Shown here: in pieces, positions 48,952-62,000 of the stretch | How positions within the stretch are numbered: the stretch's first letter is position 1 | How the letters are laid out: each line of letters begins with the position of its first letter | NCBI GenBank assembly: GCA_964016885.1 | Contig: OZ024752.1 | Location: 18,414,001-18,478,000 of the forward strand | DNA from: Eledone cirrhosa | Lineage: Eukaryota | DNA: 64,000 nt | Reading direction: 5' to 3' | Position numbers and translations under genes: made by a program | Notes under the pieces: generated by a model | What the model was told of the DNA's origin: nothing | The model's input: the letters and a program-made list of their open reading frames with translations, nothing else | Databases searched by the model: none

Positions 48952-51900
48952 GTAAGTATATTTTCTGTAAAATAATCTAATACAATGAAATTCCGTTATA
49001 TCACGGGGTATAAAAAAAAATTTGTTGTATCGAGATCGACTGAAACAAGTATTTGTTATTACCTCAGGGATTGAAAAATTTGTAATAATGAAATTTTGCT
49101 GTACATATCTTTTAAGGGTAACTTACATGAAGCTTTCCATGTGACAGAACTTCAGTGATCATTCAAAGAAAAAAGATATATGCAATTTTTTTCTTTACTA
49201 AGGAAGAAATTTTATGAAAATATAATATAAAGACTTATCTTTGACAAATGAAGTTAGCAATTTGTTAGTAAAAAGTGCAAGAATTGCAAAAGTTGGTGCA
49301 GTAATATGCCAGCTTTAGCATTCAATAATTAGAAGAAGGTGGTGCAGTTGCCACAACAAAAATCACCCTGTCTAGCCTGTAAGGTAGCAGTGATAAAATG
49401 CTCTCAGTACACAGCTCTAAAGTGGTTGGCATTAGGAAGGGCATCCAGCCATAGAAGCCATGTGAAAAACAGGTCATGCAGGCATGGAAATTTGATGTTA
49501 GCCGGTGTTGTTGATTAACAGGCTATTGTTTGGTAAGATTTCTGAATAAATATTCTTGTTTTCAGACTTTAGAAATAATGGAGACATCTCATGGAAGCAA
49601 CACATTAAAATTACTTGATAAATATTCGAAGGACCCAACCAATACAGTTGGGAAACTTATTGAAGCTTTGAATCAAATTAACAGACCCAGGGAAATTAAA
49701 GAACTTCAAGATTCAGAGTATCGTGAGTATTGTGTTAAAAAATTCTCTTAGTTGAGTGTCCTAATTTGTGTAATAAGTAGCTACCAACATTGCTGCGTAT
49801 AGTTTAGAATAGCTACACTGTATCCCTACATGTTATAGGAGGCAACTAAACTAGGGTCAATTAACACCAAGAAAGACATCAGGTTATAAAACATTGCTCA
49901 AAAAGGACCTTATGATAGGTAAAAAATCTGTCATGGGGTTTGCAAGGCTAATCTCTGCTTTAGCAGGGAAAATGGCCTTAAAATGTTTGTTGTTTTTTAT
50001 TGTAGATACCAATCCTAACAGAACAGGCAATGACTAGAAGTTTAGAAAACAAAATACAAAATACATAATGTAGTGTGCATATTGATATTATATGCAAATA
50101 TACATACATGTAATGATACGACAAATAAAATCATAATTGACAATATGCACAGAAATTGAAGTGAGACTGTGTTACACTGTCTTATGTAATCAGTAAAGTA
50201 ATCCATGATACATTTAAAAAGACAATATTATGTATAAACTGCATTACGGTGAAATGTAATGAAAACGAAAAAGGAGAAAATTAGTGACGGAAATATAAAC
50301 GTTATATAACGATGCAAATATATGCACGTTTATATAAGTGATATGGTATAGCATCCATTGTATCATAACCGAAAGTATTGACATTTGAAAATTTTAAAGA
50401 AGTGAATATATATATAAGCACTCATTATATATAAGAATATTTATGTTTAATCAACAGCTACGAAATTTAGTAGATAAATTATGTAATATTCATTCATGAT
50501 TTATTCAAAATAATGCAACTTATTTTACTAACGTGTTCAGTCCTCCAATCATTATATATTAGATAATGTCATTGATAAACACAAATATAGCAAATACAGT
50601 TAGCTATTGCTAGGAAGCTCACAAGGAAAGCAGATGTCTTCTTTATCGAAGGAAAGACCAATACAGCTTGACATCAGTATTGTTATCAGCTCAGAGGAAT
50701 GGAGTATATCAAGCATTGTTGTAGGACATAAACATGCTACTAGGTCTAAGAATAGAACTCCTGCAGTGCCAGATTTACCGTTATACTTAGGTGTATTTAA
50801 GCACAGGGCCCCATTGGCCAGGAGGCCCATTTTCCTGCAAAAAAAATGTTTACAATGAATTTTTCAAATGTTTGGGGCCTTATAACTTAACTAGCTCAAG
50901 GCCTCATTTGTCCTAAATCTGGCGCCAAACTTCTGACCTTAAAGTCATCACCCCAAAACTAATTACTAGGCCACATGCCTTCACTATCTTTTGTAGGAGA
51001 TGTATAGATAAAGTTGTCATACTGTTAATATTCCTATTCTAATATGTTTATTGCAATTCTTTAACCCTTTAGTGTATCCAGCCAGAATTCTCTCAGCTCT
51101 TTCTGTTGAAACCGACCACTCATACTGATGTTAAGGCATTGTTCTTTAAATAATATCAAAATCTCATAGATTCGATATTATGTGAGGATAAAGCCTTGAC
51201 TGAAAATACTATAGTAAATATTTCAATCCAGGGCTTTTTTTCAATCGCTGATCTCCACTGTTTTCTGTTTAGGTTTTGATCATGTCAGGGGTGTAGCCAT
51301 ATTTACCAGGCTTGGCCAATTGCGGACTGGTGAGGCTATTTAACCTATAATTGGGTAAACTCATTTCTACAGCTGAGTGAACTGGAGCAATGTGAAATAA
51401 AGTGTTTTGCTCAAGAACACAACGCAAAGCCCAGTCTGAGAATCGATCTGACAACCTCAGGATTGTAAGCTCGACGTTCTAACCACTAAACCATGTACCT
51501 TCACAATAGTAAATATAGAATTATGTAAATGCTAAAGGGTTAAACCATCCATTTATGTCTTTTTCAGAAATTCTCCAGTCATATCAGGATTGTAACATTT
51601 CTACAGATTTTTCTTTTGATACTGAAGACAAGACATCAAGAAGCCAATATATTTACAATTCACAAAATGATGAAAAATCTAACAATTTAGACAATTATTA
51701 CAGAAATTTTGACACAGTCACCAGCATCTCAGGATATCAACATATTCCTCAAAAATCATACGATTATAAAAAAAGCTTTGATTATATCTCTCAGCAAAAT
51801 TCTCTTCTAAATTCTTCCAAGTATTTTTGTGAAGACAAGGATGACAACTCTGCTATATTTCGTCAGAAAATTCCAGAAAAATATTCAAGTATGGGTTTAA

Positions 51901-54830
51901 AAGTTAGTTTTCCATTTGAAGATCACATATCACCTAAAAGTAAGTTATCCATATTTTTAATTTATTTTGCTGAAACTGTAAATGTTATTGAGTTTAGTTT
52001 TATAAAGACACATGTAGAAGTGATACGAGAAGTTAAGTTGTAGCTAAGTAGCTACTAAGAAGAAAAACAAATTCCTGAAACAAAGGATTATTTGATAAGT
52101 AATTTGGTGATAGGAAGGGCATCCAGCCATAGAAAATCTGCCAAACAAATGGTTGACAGGACCTTTCAGTTGTGTCAAAGACATGGCAGCCTCTCTAATG
52201 TTGGTGATCTACAAGCACTCAATACACACTGTAAAGTGGTTGGTGATAGAAAGGACATCCAGAAAGCCTGCCAAACAAAGGGTTGACAGACCCTTCAGTT
52301 CCAGAAAGGGCATCCAGTTATAAAACGTTGCCTCAAAAAGAGACCCCATGTTAGGTAGGGGAGCCTGTGTGGCTAACTGTTACTGTAGTAGAGCAAATGG
52401 CCTTAAAATGTCTCTTGTACTAATCATCATCATCATCATCTAATATTATAACTAGTCAAATTATGTATTGTTTTTTTCATTGTAAAATTTTTCTTTATTC
52501 ATCAATTTTCTTAGAGGATGAAAATGTTCGGCTATTTATTTCTTATGGTGATGGAGATAAATTTTTCCATCGTGATGTCCTGAGATTCTGTCAGCATCTT
52601 GACGAGTTATTCCACTGCAATGTTGACCTAAAGAACCATCGATTAAGTAAACAGAAAGTGAAAGATTATTTCCAATTTGTAAGTTAATTTCTTTGTTTTT
52701 CTTGTTTTTTTTAAAAATTATTTAAAAAAAGAAATTGGGCATTTAATATTAAAATTCTATATACTCTTTTACTGGTTTCAGTAATTAAATTGTGGCCATG
52801 CTAGGGCACTGCTTTGAAGGGGTTTAATCGATCGTATTGATTCCAGTATAGGCAGTGAATTGGCAGTCTTTAGAACATTGGATAGAATACTTTGCGGTAT
52901 TTGTTTCAGCTCTCTGAGTTCAAATCCTGCCATGGTCAACTTTGCCTTTCATCTATTCAAGGTCGATAAAATAAAGTCCCAGCCTGGTACTAGGGTCAAT
53001 TCTTTTTCTATGTCCTTTTCACTTCCTTTCTCTCACACACTATCCTTCTCTTGAAGAAATCTACTGTATTCAGACTTGGAGAGGAGATGGGCTCTGCCAG
53101 GTTGTCAAAATGCCCTAGAAACGCTGTATGTCAATATGGCGTCCTTGCGACTCCCTCACGAGTAACGGGTCTGATTGACTCCAGTACGTATGTTCTCAAC
53201 TCTGGTTCTTACTTTATTACTCTTTTTTTGCCAAATTACTAACACACACACACATTACTGGTCAACCCAGGACTATAGAAACTGGCAGTTACTCAAGCTA
53301 CCACACATTTGGTTGAACCTGAATCTGTATGGTTGCAAAGTAAACTTCTTAACTATACAGACATGTGTTCATGTAAGTTGGTTAATATTGATGAACTTAA
53401 GCTACCAGTGAAAAGTGACTAGGATTCTATCAATAATTATTATTGATTGGTAGAGCCATTAGAGTTTCAAGGAATCCTTTCGGCTGTGTATGTTCTGAGT
53501 TCAAATCTCACCAATGTCAACTTGGCCTTTCACCTTTCTGAGGTTAATAAAATATCAATCAACTAATGATGTAAATTTAATCAACTAATCCTTCTTTCTA
53601 AATTTCTGGCCTTGCACTTCTGGTAAAAATGAATATTATTATTATTATTATTAATAATAATAATTGTTTCTACTTTTTGGCACATGGCCAGCAATTATTC
53701 CAGTGTATTACTGGTACTTTATTTTATCGACCCCGTAAGGATGAAAGGCAAAGTTAACCTCGGCAGGATTTGAACTCAGTCCATAAAGGGACGTAACTGT
53801 GCTACAAAGCATGGCGTCCGACCCTCTACCGAATGGACTGAAGTCAATTTCACCTTACATCGTTCTGGGATCAGTAAAATAAGTGCCAGTTATGTACTGA
53901 GGTCAGTCTAATAGACTATGTCCCTCTCCCCCACCAAAAAGACATGTTAAGAGATGATTATTATTATTGGCATCTATAATGTTGCCAGGTGCTCCACTGT
54001 ATTAGCTAGACAATGTGAAGGCCAGAAAACAACACTTTCTATAGAGGGTTTGTGGAGTGGTAATGGAAGGGGTTCTGGGCAGCAGAATCTTCTGGCAAAC
54101 TTTCAAGTTTGAACTGAGGGAGCAGAGAGCCAGAATGAATACCACAACATTCCATCCGACATTCTAACAACTGCCTTTTTTTTTACTACTTTAATATATA
54201 ATAATAATAATAATGAAATTATTGTGTACAGTGCTCAGGTGCACTACAACTCATCAAAGGTGCATGTATTGTACATAGAATAATGTACAAATCTCAGGAA
54301 AGTGAACAGTGCTTGAGTCATGATATATACACAGATACATGCATGAGTGTGTATGGAAGGGGAATATCAGGTGTAATGTTGGCGAATTTCGGAAAGCATG
54401 GAGGATTTGAAGGATGCAGTGTCCCGATAGCTAACAACCAATGCAAGAATGCAAGTAGTTGGATCCATGCTTCAGCAACTCTGAGCGTGAAAAAAATGTT
54501 TCCGAAAGTCATGTATAATTTTTCATCTCTTTCCAGGCTGATTTTGTGATCGTTTGTTGTAATAATGAATACAAAAAAACTGTGGAATCTCACTCAAGTT
54601 TAATTAACGAAGAAGACCCTCAAGCTCTTCATACAAGATTAATATATAAAAACATGTATAAGCTGTATAAGGCAGGCCACAGTATTGAACATTTCATCCC
54701 GGTGCTCCTCAATGGATGTAATGAATCTGATATACCTGATTGGTTGAAAAAAACTGAGTTCTTTAAATGGCCAAGCCAGAAAGACAACATTATTTCATAT
54801 ATCAGATTTAACAAAAAACTGATGAAATAA
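48808..54830 (+). CDS. TRAF3IP2: DEATH-domain + SEFIR-domain adaptor, Act1/CIKS (TRAF3IP2)-like; join(48808..48951,49566..49722,51568..51939,52515..52678,54537..54830), 376 aa
   Basis: All four introns are GT-AG with compatible phases (0,1,1,0); 1131 nt with no internal stop. The N-terminus has death-fold signatures (LD....GNNWKFLAGQFGF; TVGKLIEALNQINRP). The C-terminus matches the Act1 SEFIR pattern (LFISY; ADFVIVCC..Y; EEDPQALHTRLIY; FIPVL; IPDWL...FFKWP). The symbol denotes homology; orthology is unproven. Confidence 0.85.
49566..49722 (+). CDS. Coding exon 2 (death domain C-half)
   Basis: TTTTCAG acceptor; TLEIMETSHGSNTLKLLDKYSKDPTNTVGKLIEALNQINRPREIKELQDSEY; GTGAGT donor. Confidence 0.85.
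50765..50927. mobile_element. Possible degenerate hAT-type MITE in intron 2
   Basis: CAGTGCCAGATTTA ... TAAATCTGGCGCC imperfect TIRs with internal GGGCCCC motifs; no TSD confirmed. Confidence 0.4.
51065..51539. mobile_element. piggyBac-type MITE with a nested antisense tRNA-SINE (~51355-51503)
   Basis: TTAA|CCCTTTAG ... CTAAAGGG|TTAA. The nested segment reads, on the minus strand, ATGGTTTAGTGGTTAG..TGTGTTCTTGAGCAAAACACTTTATTTCACATTGCTCCAG. Confidence 0.75.
51568..51939 (+). CDS. Coding exon 3 (Ser/Asp/Asn-rich linker)
   Basis: TTTTCAG acceptor, 372-nt open frame, GTAAGT donor; phase 1-1. Confidence 0.8.
52515..52678 (+). CDS. Coding exon 4 (SEFIR N-part)
   Basis: TTTTCTTAG acceptor; NVRLFISYGDGDKFFHRDVLRFCQHL; GTAAGT donor. 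Confidence 0.88.
53665..53832 (-). mobile_element. tRNA-derived SINE in intron 4 (older copies at ~52857-52990, ~53445-53555, ~48135-48275)
   Basis: Reverse complement of the 39012 family, with an (ATT)n/(AAT)n tail. Confidence 0.88.
54203..54514 (-). mobile_element. CR1/L2-type LINE 3' end, antisense in intron 4
   Basis: Minus strand FFTLRVAEAW.QL (CR1-like C-terminal FF..RV...WN.L), a 3' UTR and a (TTA)n tail; the same tail occurs in sense at ~48524-48603. Confidence 0.75.
54537..54830 (+). CDS. Coding exon 5 (SEFIR C-part, stop TAA)
   Basis: CTCTTTCCAG acceptor; ADFVIVCCNNEYKK..LHTRLIY..FIPVLL..IPDWLKKTEFFKWP. Confidence 0.9.
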   Translation, partial: ADFVIVCCNNEYKKTVESHSSLINEEDPQALHTRLIYKNMYKLYKAGHSIEHFIPVLLNGCNESDIPDWLKKTEFFKWPSQKDNIISYIRFNKKLMK

Positions 54831-54864
54831 TCGATGTTATTTTCACAGAAACATTTTACTAATG

Positions 54865-54916
<52 letters not shown>

Positions 54917-54963
54917 CATGAAGTTATGGTTTTACTAAATTGTATTTAGTTATATATTTACAG

Positions 54964-54969
54964 AATAAA
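54964..54969 (+). terminator. Candidate polyadenylation signal
   Basis: AATAAA 134 nt after the stop codon, followed by T-rich sequence. Confidence 0.45.
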
Positions 54970-55109
54970 TTATACCATGATTCTTGTTTTTAAAGAAATG
55001 TATTTATTGTAGTTTTTTTTGCATTCTTGGTTTATCTTGTTAAACCAAGAAAAATTATATTGCATTTAATATTAATGTTTATATGTTAGATAGTACCTGT
55101 GAAATATCT

Positions 55110-55512
55110 GCTGGTGATTAACACAGAAAAGCACCCAGTACACCCTGTAAAGTGATTGGTGTTAGGAAGGGTATCCAGCTGTTAGAAAGCTTGTCAAAAA
55201 AGGGGTTATGAGGACCCTTCAATTGTGTCAAGGACATGACAGCCTCCCTAATGTTGGTGATCTACACAATAAAAGTGCCCAGTACACATTGTAAAGTGGC
55301 TGGTGTTAGGAATGGTATCCAGTCAGAAAGCTTGCCAAACAAGGAGTTAGGAGGATCTGACTACTTCTCTGCATTTGACATGACCACACATAAGGAGGAT
55401 ACAGACACTCGAGCCTGTCTGGGAGGTCAGTAGCCCCACTTCAGTACTGACTTTGTCTATGTAATCCCAACCAACCCTTGCTAGCAGGGAAAGTGGACGT
55501 TAATTGATGATT
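55110..55512 (+). mobile_element. RTE 3'-UTR-related repeat (other copies at ~49385-49505 and ~52100-52440)
   Basis: CACCCAGTACAC..TGTAAAGTG.TTGGTGTTAGGAAGGG.ATCCAG and CCTTGCTAGCAGGGAAAGTGGACGTTAA..GATGAT tail, shared with 47520-47789. Confidence 0.7.
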
Positions 55513-56087
55513 GAGACATGTTGTATGGAGAAGATGGACCAGACTTGGTGACAGTAGCTAGAGTGTGATGTGAATGGAAGAAGTACCAAGATCTGTATAG
55601 TGTGTTAATGATGAGAGCTGTCTTATCGAAACTACTTGTGAGAAGTGCCATGATTTATGGGGTGAAACATGGATGATGAATGAGGAGCAAGAGAGAAATC
55701 TAGAAAGAATGGCAAATGAGAATGATTTTGTGGATGAGTGGAATATCAGTTGGAGAGAGGAAGACAATGAATTATAGAGGATGGTGAGAATAGAGCAATA
55801 CTGGCAACATATAATAATATTAGTTTCAACTCGTGATTTCATATTAAAAATCTTGCAAAACAAATACCATTTTTAATATCTACAAATGTTTCTATACAGG
55901 TGATAAGGATACATGCAAACAACGAGTCACTGAGAAACAACAATTATGTACACAATATATAAATATCTGCATATCATCAGAATTATCAAAAGGGATTGAA
56001 TTTCACCAAATACTTATATCAAGAACATTGACATTATCAAATGTTGAATATAGATGTTGTAAAAAGCAGGACACATTATTGTTTCTT

Positions 56088-59000
56088 CACTCGAGATGTA
56101 TAACAGTGTTAGCTGTTCACTACCAGTGAACTGAGGTAACACCCCTTATCTCAGCTTCTAACACTAGAGATGTATTACAGTGTTAACTGTTCACTACCAG
56201 TGAACTGAGGTAACACCCCTTATCTCAGCTTCTAACACTGGAGATGTATTACAGTGTTAACTGTTCACTGCCAGTGATCTGAGGTAACACCCCTTATCTC
56301 AGCTTCTAATGCTGGAGATGTATTACAGTGTTAACTGTTCACTACCAGTGAACTGAGGTAACACCCCTTATCTCAGCTTCTAATACTAGAGATGTATTAC
56401 AGTGTTAACTGTTCACTGCCAGTGAACTGAGGTAACACCCCTTATCTTAGCTTCTAATGCTGGAGATGTATTACAGTGTTAACTGTTCACTACCAGTGGA
56501 CTGAGGTAACACCCCTTTTCTCAGCTTCTAACACTAGAGATGTATTACAGTGTTAACTGTTCACTACCAGTGAACTGAGGTAACACCCCTTATCTCAGCT
56601 TCTAATGCTGGAGATGTATTACAGTGTTAACTGTTCACTGCCAGTGAACTGAGGTAACACCCCTTATCTCAGCTTCTAACACTGGAGATGTATTACAGTG
56701 TTAGCTGTTCACTGCCAGTGAACTGAGGTAACACCCCTTATCTCAGCTTCTAACACTGGAGATGTATTACAGTGTTAACTGTTCACTGCCAGTGAACTGA
56801 GGTAACACCCCTTATCTCAGCTTCTAATGCTGGAGATGTATTACAGTGTTAACTGTTCACTGCCAGTGAACTGAGGTAACACCCCTTATCTCAGCTTCTA
56901 ACACTGGAGATGTATTACAGTGTTAGCTGTTCACTACCAGTGAACTGAGGTAACACCCCTTATCTCAGCTTCTAACACTGGAGATGTATTACAGTGTTAA
57001 CTGTTCACTACCAGTGAACTGAGGTAACACCCCTTATCTCAGCTTCTAATGCTGGAGATGTATTACAGTGTTAACTGTTCACTGCCAGTAAACTGAGGCA
57101 ACACTCCTTATCTCAGCTTCTAACACTGGAGATGTATTACAGTGTTAGTTGTTCACTACCAGTGAACTGAGGTAACACCCCTTATCTCAGCTTCTCACAC
57201 TGGAGATGTATTACAGTGTTAACTGTTCACTACCAGTGAACTGAGGTAACACCCCTTATCTCAGCTTCTAATGCTGGAGATGTATTACAGCGTTAACTGT
57301 TCACTACCAGTGAACTGAGGTAACACCCCTTATCTCAGCTTCTCACACTAGAGATGTATTACAGTGTTAACTGTTCACTACCAGTGAACTGAGGTAACAC
57401 CCCTTATCTCAGCTTCTAATGCTGGAGATGTATTACAGTGTTAACTGTTCACTACCAGTGAACTGTGGTAACATCCCTTATCTCAGCTTCTAACACTAGA
57501 GATGTATTACAGTGTTAACTGTTCACTACCAGTGAACTGAGGTAACACCCCTTATCTCAGCTTCTAATGCTGGAGATGTATTACAGTGTTAACTGTTCAC
57601 TACCAGTGGACTGAGGTAACACCCCTTATCTCAGCTTCTAACACTAGTGATTTATTACAGTGTTAACTGTTCACTACCAGTGAACTGAGGTAACACCCCT
57701 TATCTCAGCTTCTAACACTGGAGATGTATTACAGTGTTAACTGTTCACTGCCAGTGAACTGAGGTAACACCCCTTATCTCAGCTTCTAACACTAGAGATG
57801 TATTACAGTGCTAACTGTTCACTGCCAGTGAACTGAGGTAATACCCCTTATCTCAGCTTCTAATGCTGGAGATGTACTACAGTGTTAACTGTTCACTGCC
57901 AGTGAACTGAGGTAACACCCCTTATCTCAGCTTCTAATGCTGGAGATGTACCACAGTGTTAACTGTTCACTGCCAGTGAACTGAGGTAACACCCCTTATC
58001 TCAGCTTCTAATGCTGGAGATGTACTACAGTGTTAACTGTTCACTGCCAGTGAACTGAGGTAACACCCCTTATCTCAGCTTCTAACACTGGAGATGTATT
58101 ACAGTGTTAACTGTTCACTACCAGTGAACTGAGGTAACACCCCTTATCTCAGCTTCTAATGCTGGAGATGTATTACAGTGTTAACTGTTCACTACCAGTG
58201 AACTGAGGTAACATCCCTTATCTCAGCTTCTAACACTAGAGATGTATTACAGTGTTAACTGTTCACTACCAGTGAACTGAGGTAACACCCCTTATCTCAG
58301 CTTCTAACACTAGAGATGTATTAGTGTTAACTGTTCACTACCAGTGAACTGAGGTAACATCCCTTATCTCAGCTTCTAACACTAGAGATGTATTACAGTG
58401 TTAACTGTTCACTACCAGTGAACTGAGGTAACACCCCTTATCTCAGCTTCTAATGCTGGAGATGTATTACAGTGTTAACTGTTCACTACCAGTGAACTGA
58501 GGTAACACCCCTTATCTCAGCTTCTAACACTGGAGATGTATTACAGTGTTAACTGTTTACTACCAGTGAACTGAGGTAACACCCCTTATCTCAGCTTCTA
58601 ATGCTGGAGATGTATTACAGTGTTAAGTGTTCACTACCAGTGAACTGAGGTAACACCCCTTATCTCAGCTTCTAACACTAGAGATGTATTACAGTGTTAA
58701 CTGTTCACTACAAGTGAACTGAGGTAACACCCCTTATCTCAGCTTCTAACACTGGAGATGTATTACATTGTTAACTGTTCACTGCCGGTGAACTGAGGTA
58801 ACACCCCGTATCTCAGCTTCTAACACTCGAGATGTATTACAGTGTTAACTGTTCACTACCAGTGAACTGAGGTAACACCCCTTATCTCAGCTTCTAACAC
58901 TAGAGATGTATTACAGTGTTAGCTGTTCACTACCAGTGAACTGAGGTAACACCCCTTATCTCAGCTTCTAACACTAGAGATGTATTACAGTGTTAACTGT

Positions 59001-62000
59001 TCACTACCAGTGAACTGAGGTAACACCCCTTATCTCAGCTTCTAACACTAGAGATGTATTACAGTGTTAACTATTCACTACAAGTGACCTGAGGTAACAC
59101 CCCTTATCTCAGCTTCTAACACTGGAGATGTATTACAGTGTTAACTGTTCACTACAAGTGACCTGAGGTAACACCCCTTATCTCAGCTTCTAACACTGGA
59201 GATGTATTACAGTGTTAACTGTTCACTACCAGTGAACTGAGGTAACACCCCTTATCTCAGCTTCTAACACTAGAGATGTATTACAGTGTTAGCTGTTCAC
59301 TGCCAGTGAACTGAGGTAACATCCCTTATCTCAGCTTCTAACACTAGAGATGTATTACAGTGTTAACTGTTCACTACCAGTGAACTGAGGTAACACCCCT
59401 TATCTCAGCTTCTAACACTAGAGATGTATTACAGTGTTAACTGTTCACTACAAGTGACCTGAGGTAACACACCTTATCTCAGCTTCTACTACTGGAGATG
59501 TATAACAGTGTTAACTGTTCACTGCCAGTGAACTGAGGTAACACCCCTTATCTCAGCTTCTAACACTAGAGATGTATTACAGTGTTAACTGTTCACTACA
59601 AGTGACCTGAGGTAACACCCCTTATCTCAGCTTCTAACACTGGAGATGTATTACAGTGTTAACTGTTCACTACAAGTGACCTGAGGTAACACCCCTTATC
59701 TCAGCTTCTAACACTGGAGATGTATTACAGTGTTAACTGTTCACTACCAGTGAACTGAGGTAACACCCCTTATCTCAGCTTCTTACACTAGAGATGTATT
59801 ACAGTGTTAGCTGTTCACTGCCAGTGAACTGAGGTAACACCCCTTATCTCAGCTTCTAACACTAGAGATGTATTACAGTGTTAACTGTTCACTACCAGTG
59901 AACTGAGGTAACACCCCTTATCTCAGCTTCTAACACTAGAGATGTATTACAGTGTTAACTGTTCACTACAAGTGACCTGAGGTAACACCCCTTATCTCAG
60001 CTTCTAACACTGGAGATGTATTACAGTGTTAACTGTTCACTGCCAGTGAACTGAGGTAACACCCCTTATCTCAGCTTCTAACACTGGAGATGTATTACAG
60101 TGTTAACTGTTCACTACCAGTGAACTGAGGTAACATCTCTTATCTCAGCTTCTAACACTAGAGATGTATTACAGTGTTAGCTGTTCACTACCAGTGAACT
60201 GAGGTAACACCCCTTATCTCAGCTTCTAATGCTGGAGATGTATTACAGTGTTAGCTGTTCACTACCAGTGAACTGAGGTAACATCCCTTATCTCAGCTTC
60301 TAACACTAGAGATGTATTACAGTGTTAACTGTTCACTACCAGTGAACTGAGGTAACACCCCTTATCTCAGCCTCTAATGCTGGAGATGTATTACAGTGTT
60401 AACTGTTCACTACCAGTGGACTGAGGTAACACCCCTTATCTCAGCTTCTAACACTAGTGATGTATTACAGTGTTAACTGTTCACTACTAGTGAACTGAGG
60501 TAACACCCCTTATCTCAGCTTCTAACACTGGAGATGTATTACAGTGTTAACTGTTTACTACCAGTGAACTGAGGTAACACCCCTTATCTCAGCTTCTAAT
60601 GCTGGAGATGTATTACAGTGTTAAGTGTTCACTACCAGTGAACTGAGGTAACACCCCTTATCTCAGCTTCTAACACTAGACATGTATTACAGTGTTAACT
60701 GTTCACTACAAGTGAACTGAGGTAACACCCCTTATCTCAGCTTCTAACACTGGAGATGTATTACAGTGTTAACTGTTCACTACCAGTGAACTGAGGTAAC
60801 ACCCCTTATCTCAGCTTCTAATGCTTGAGATGTATTACAGTGTTAGTTGTTCACTGCCAGTAAACTGAGGTAACATCCCTTATCTCAGCTTCTAACACTG
60901 GAGATGTATTACAGTGTTAACTGTTCACTACCAGTGAACTGAGGTAACACCCCTTATCTCAGCTTCTAACACTGGAGATGTATTACAGTGTTAACTGTTC
61001 ACTACCAGTGAACTGAGGTAACACCCCTTATCTCAGCTTCTAACACTGGAGATGTATTACAGTGTTAACTGTTCACTACCAGTGAACTGAGGTAACACCC
61101 CTTATCTCAGCTTCTAATGCTGGAGATGTATCACAGTGTTAGTTGTTCACTGCCAGTAAACTAAGGTAACACCCCTTATCTCAGCTTCTAACACTAGAGA
61201 TGTATTACAGTGTTAACTGTTCACTACAAGTGACCTGAGGTAACATCCCTTATCTCAGCTTCTAACACTGGAGATGTATTACAGTGTTAACTGTTCACTA
61301 CAAGTGACCTGAGGTAACACCCCATATCTCAGCTTCTAACACTGGAGATGTATTACAGTGTTAACTGTTCACTACCAGTGAACTGAGGTAACACCCCTTA
61401 TCTCAGCTTCTAACACTAGAGATGTATTACAGTGTTAGCTGTTCACTGCCAGTGAACTGAGGTAACATCCCTTATCTCAGCTTCTAACACTAGAGATGTA
61501 TTACAGTGTTAACTGTTCACTACCAGTGAACTGAGGTAACACCCCTTATCTCAGCTTCTAACACTGGAGATGTATTACAGTGTTAACTGTTCACTACAAG
61601 TGACCTGAGGTAACACCCCTTATCTCAGCTTCTAACACTGGAGATGTATTACAGTGTTAACTGTTCACTGCCAGTGAACTGAGGTAACACCCCTTATCTC
61701 AGCTTCTAACACTAGAGATGTATTACAGTGTTAACTGTTCACTACAAGTGACCTGAGGTAACACCCCTTATCTCAGCTTCTAACACTGGAGATGTATTAC
61801 AGTGTTAACTGTTCACTACCAGTGAACTGAGGTAACACCCCTTACCTCAGCTTCTTACACTAGAGATGTATTACAGTGTTAGCTGTTCACTGCCAGTGAA
61901 CTGAGGTAACATCCCTTATCCCAGCTTCTAACACTAGAGATGTATTACAGTGTTAACTGTTCACTACCAGTGAACTGAGGTAACACCCCTTATCTCAGCT

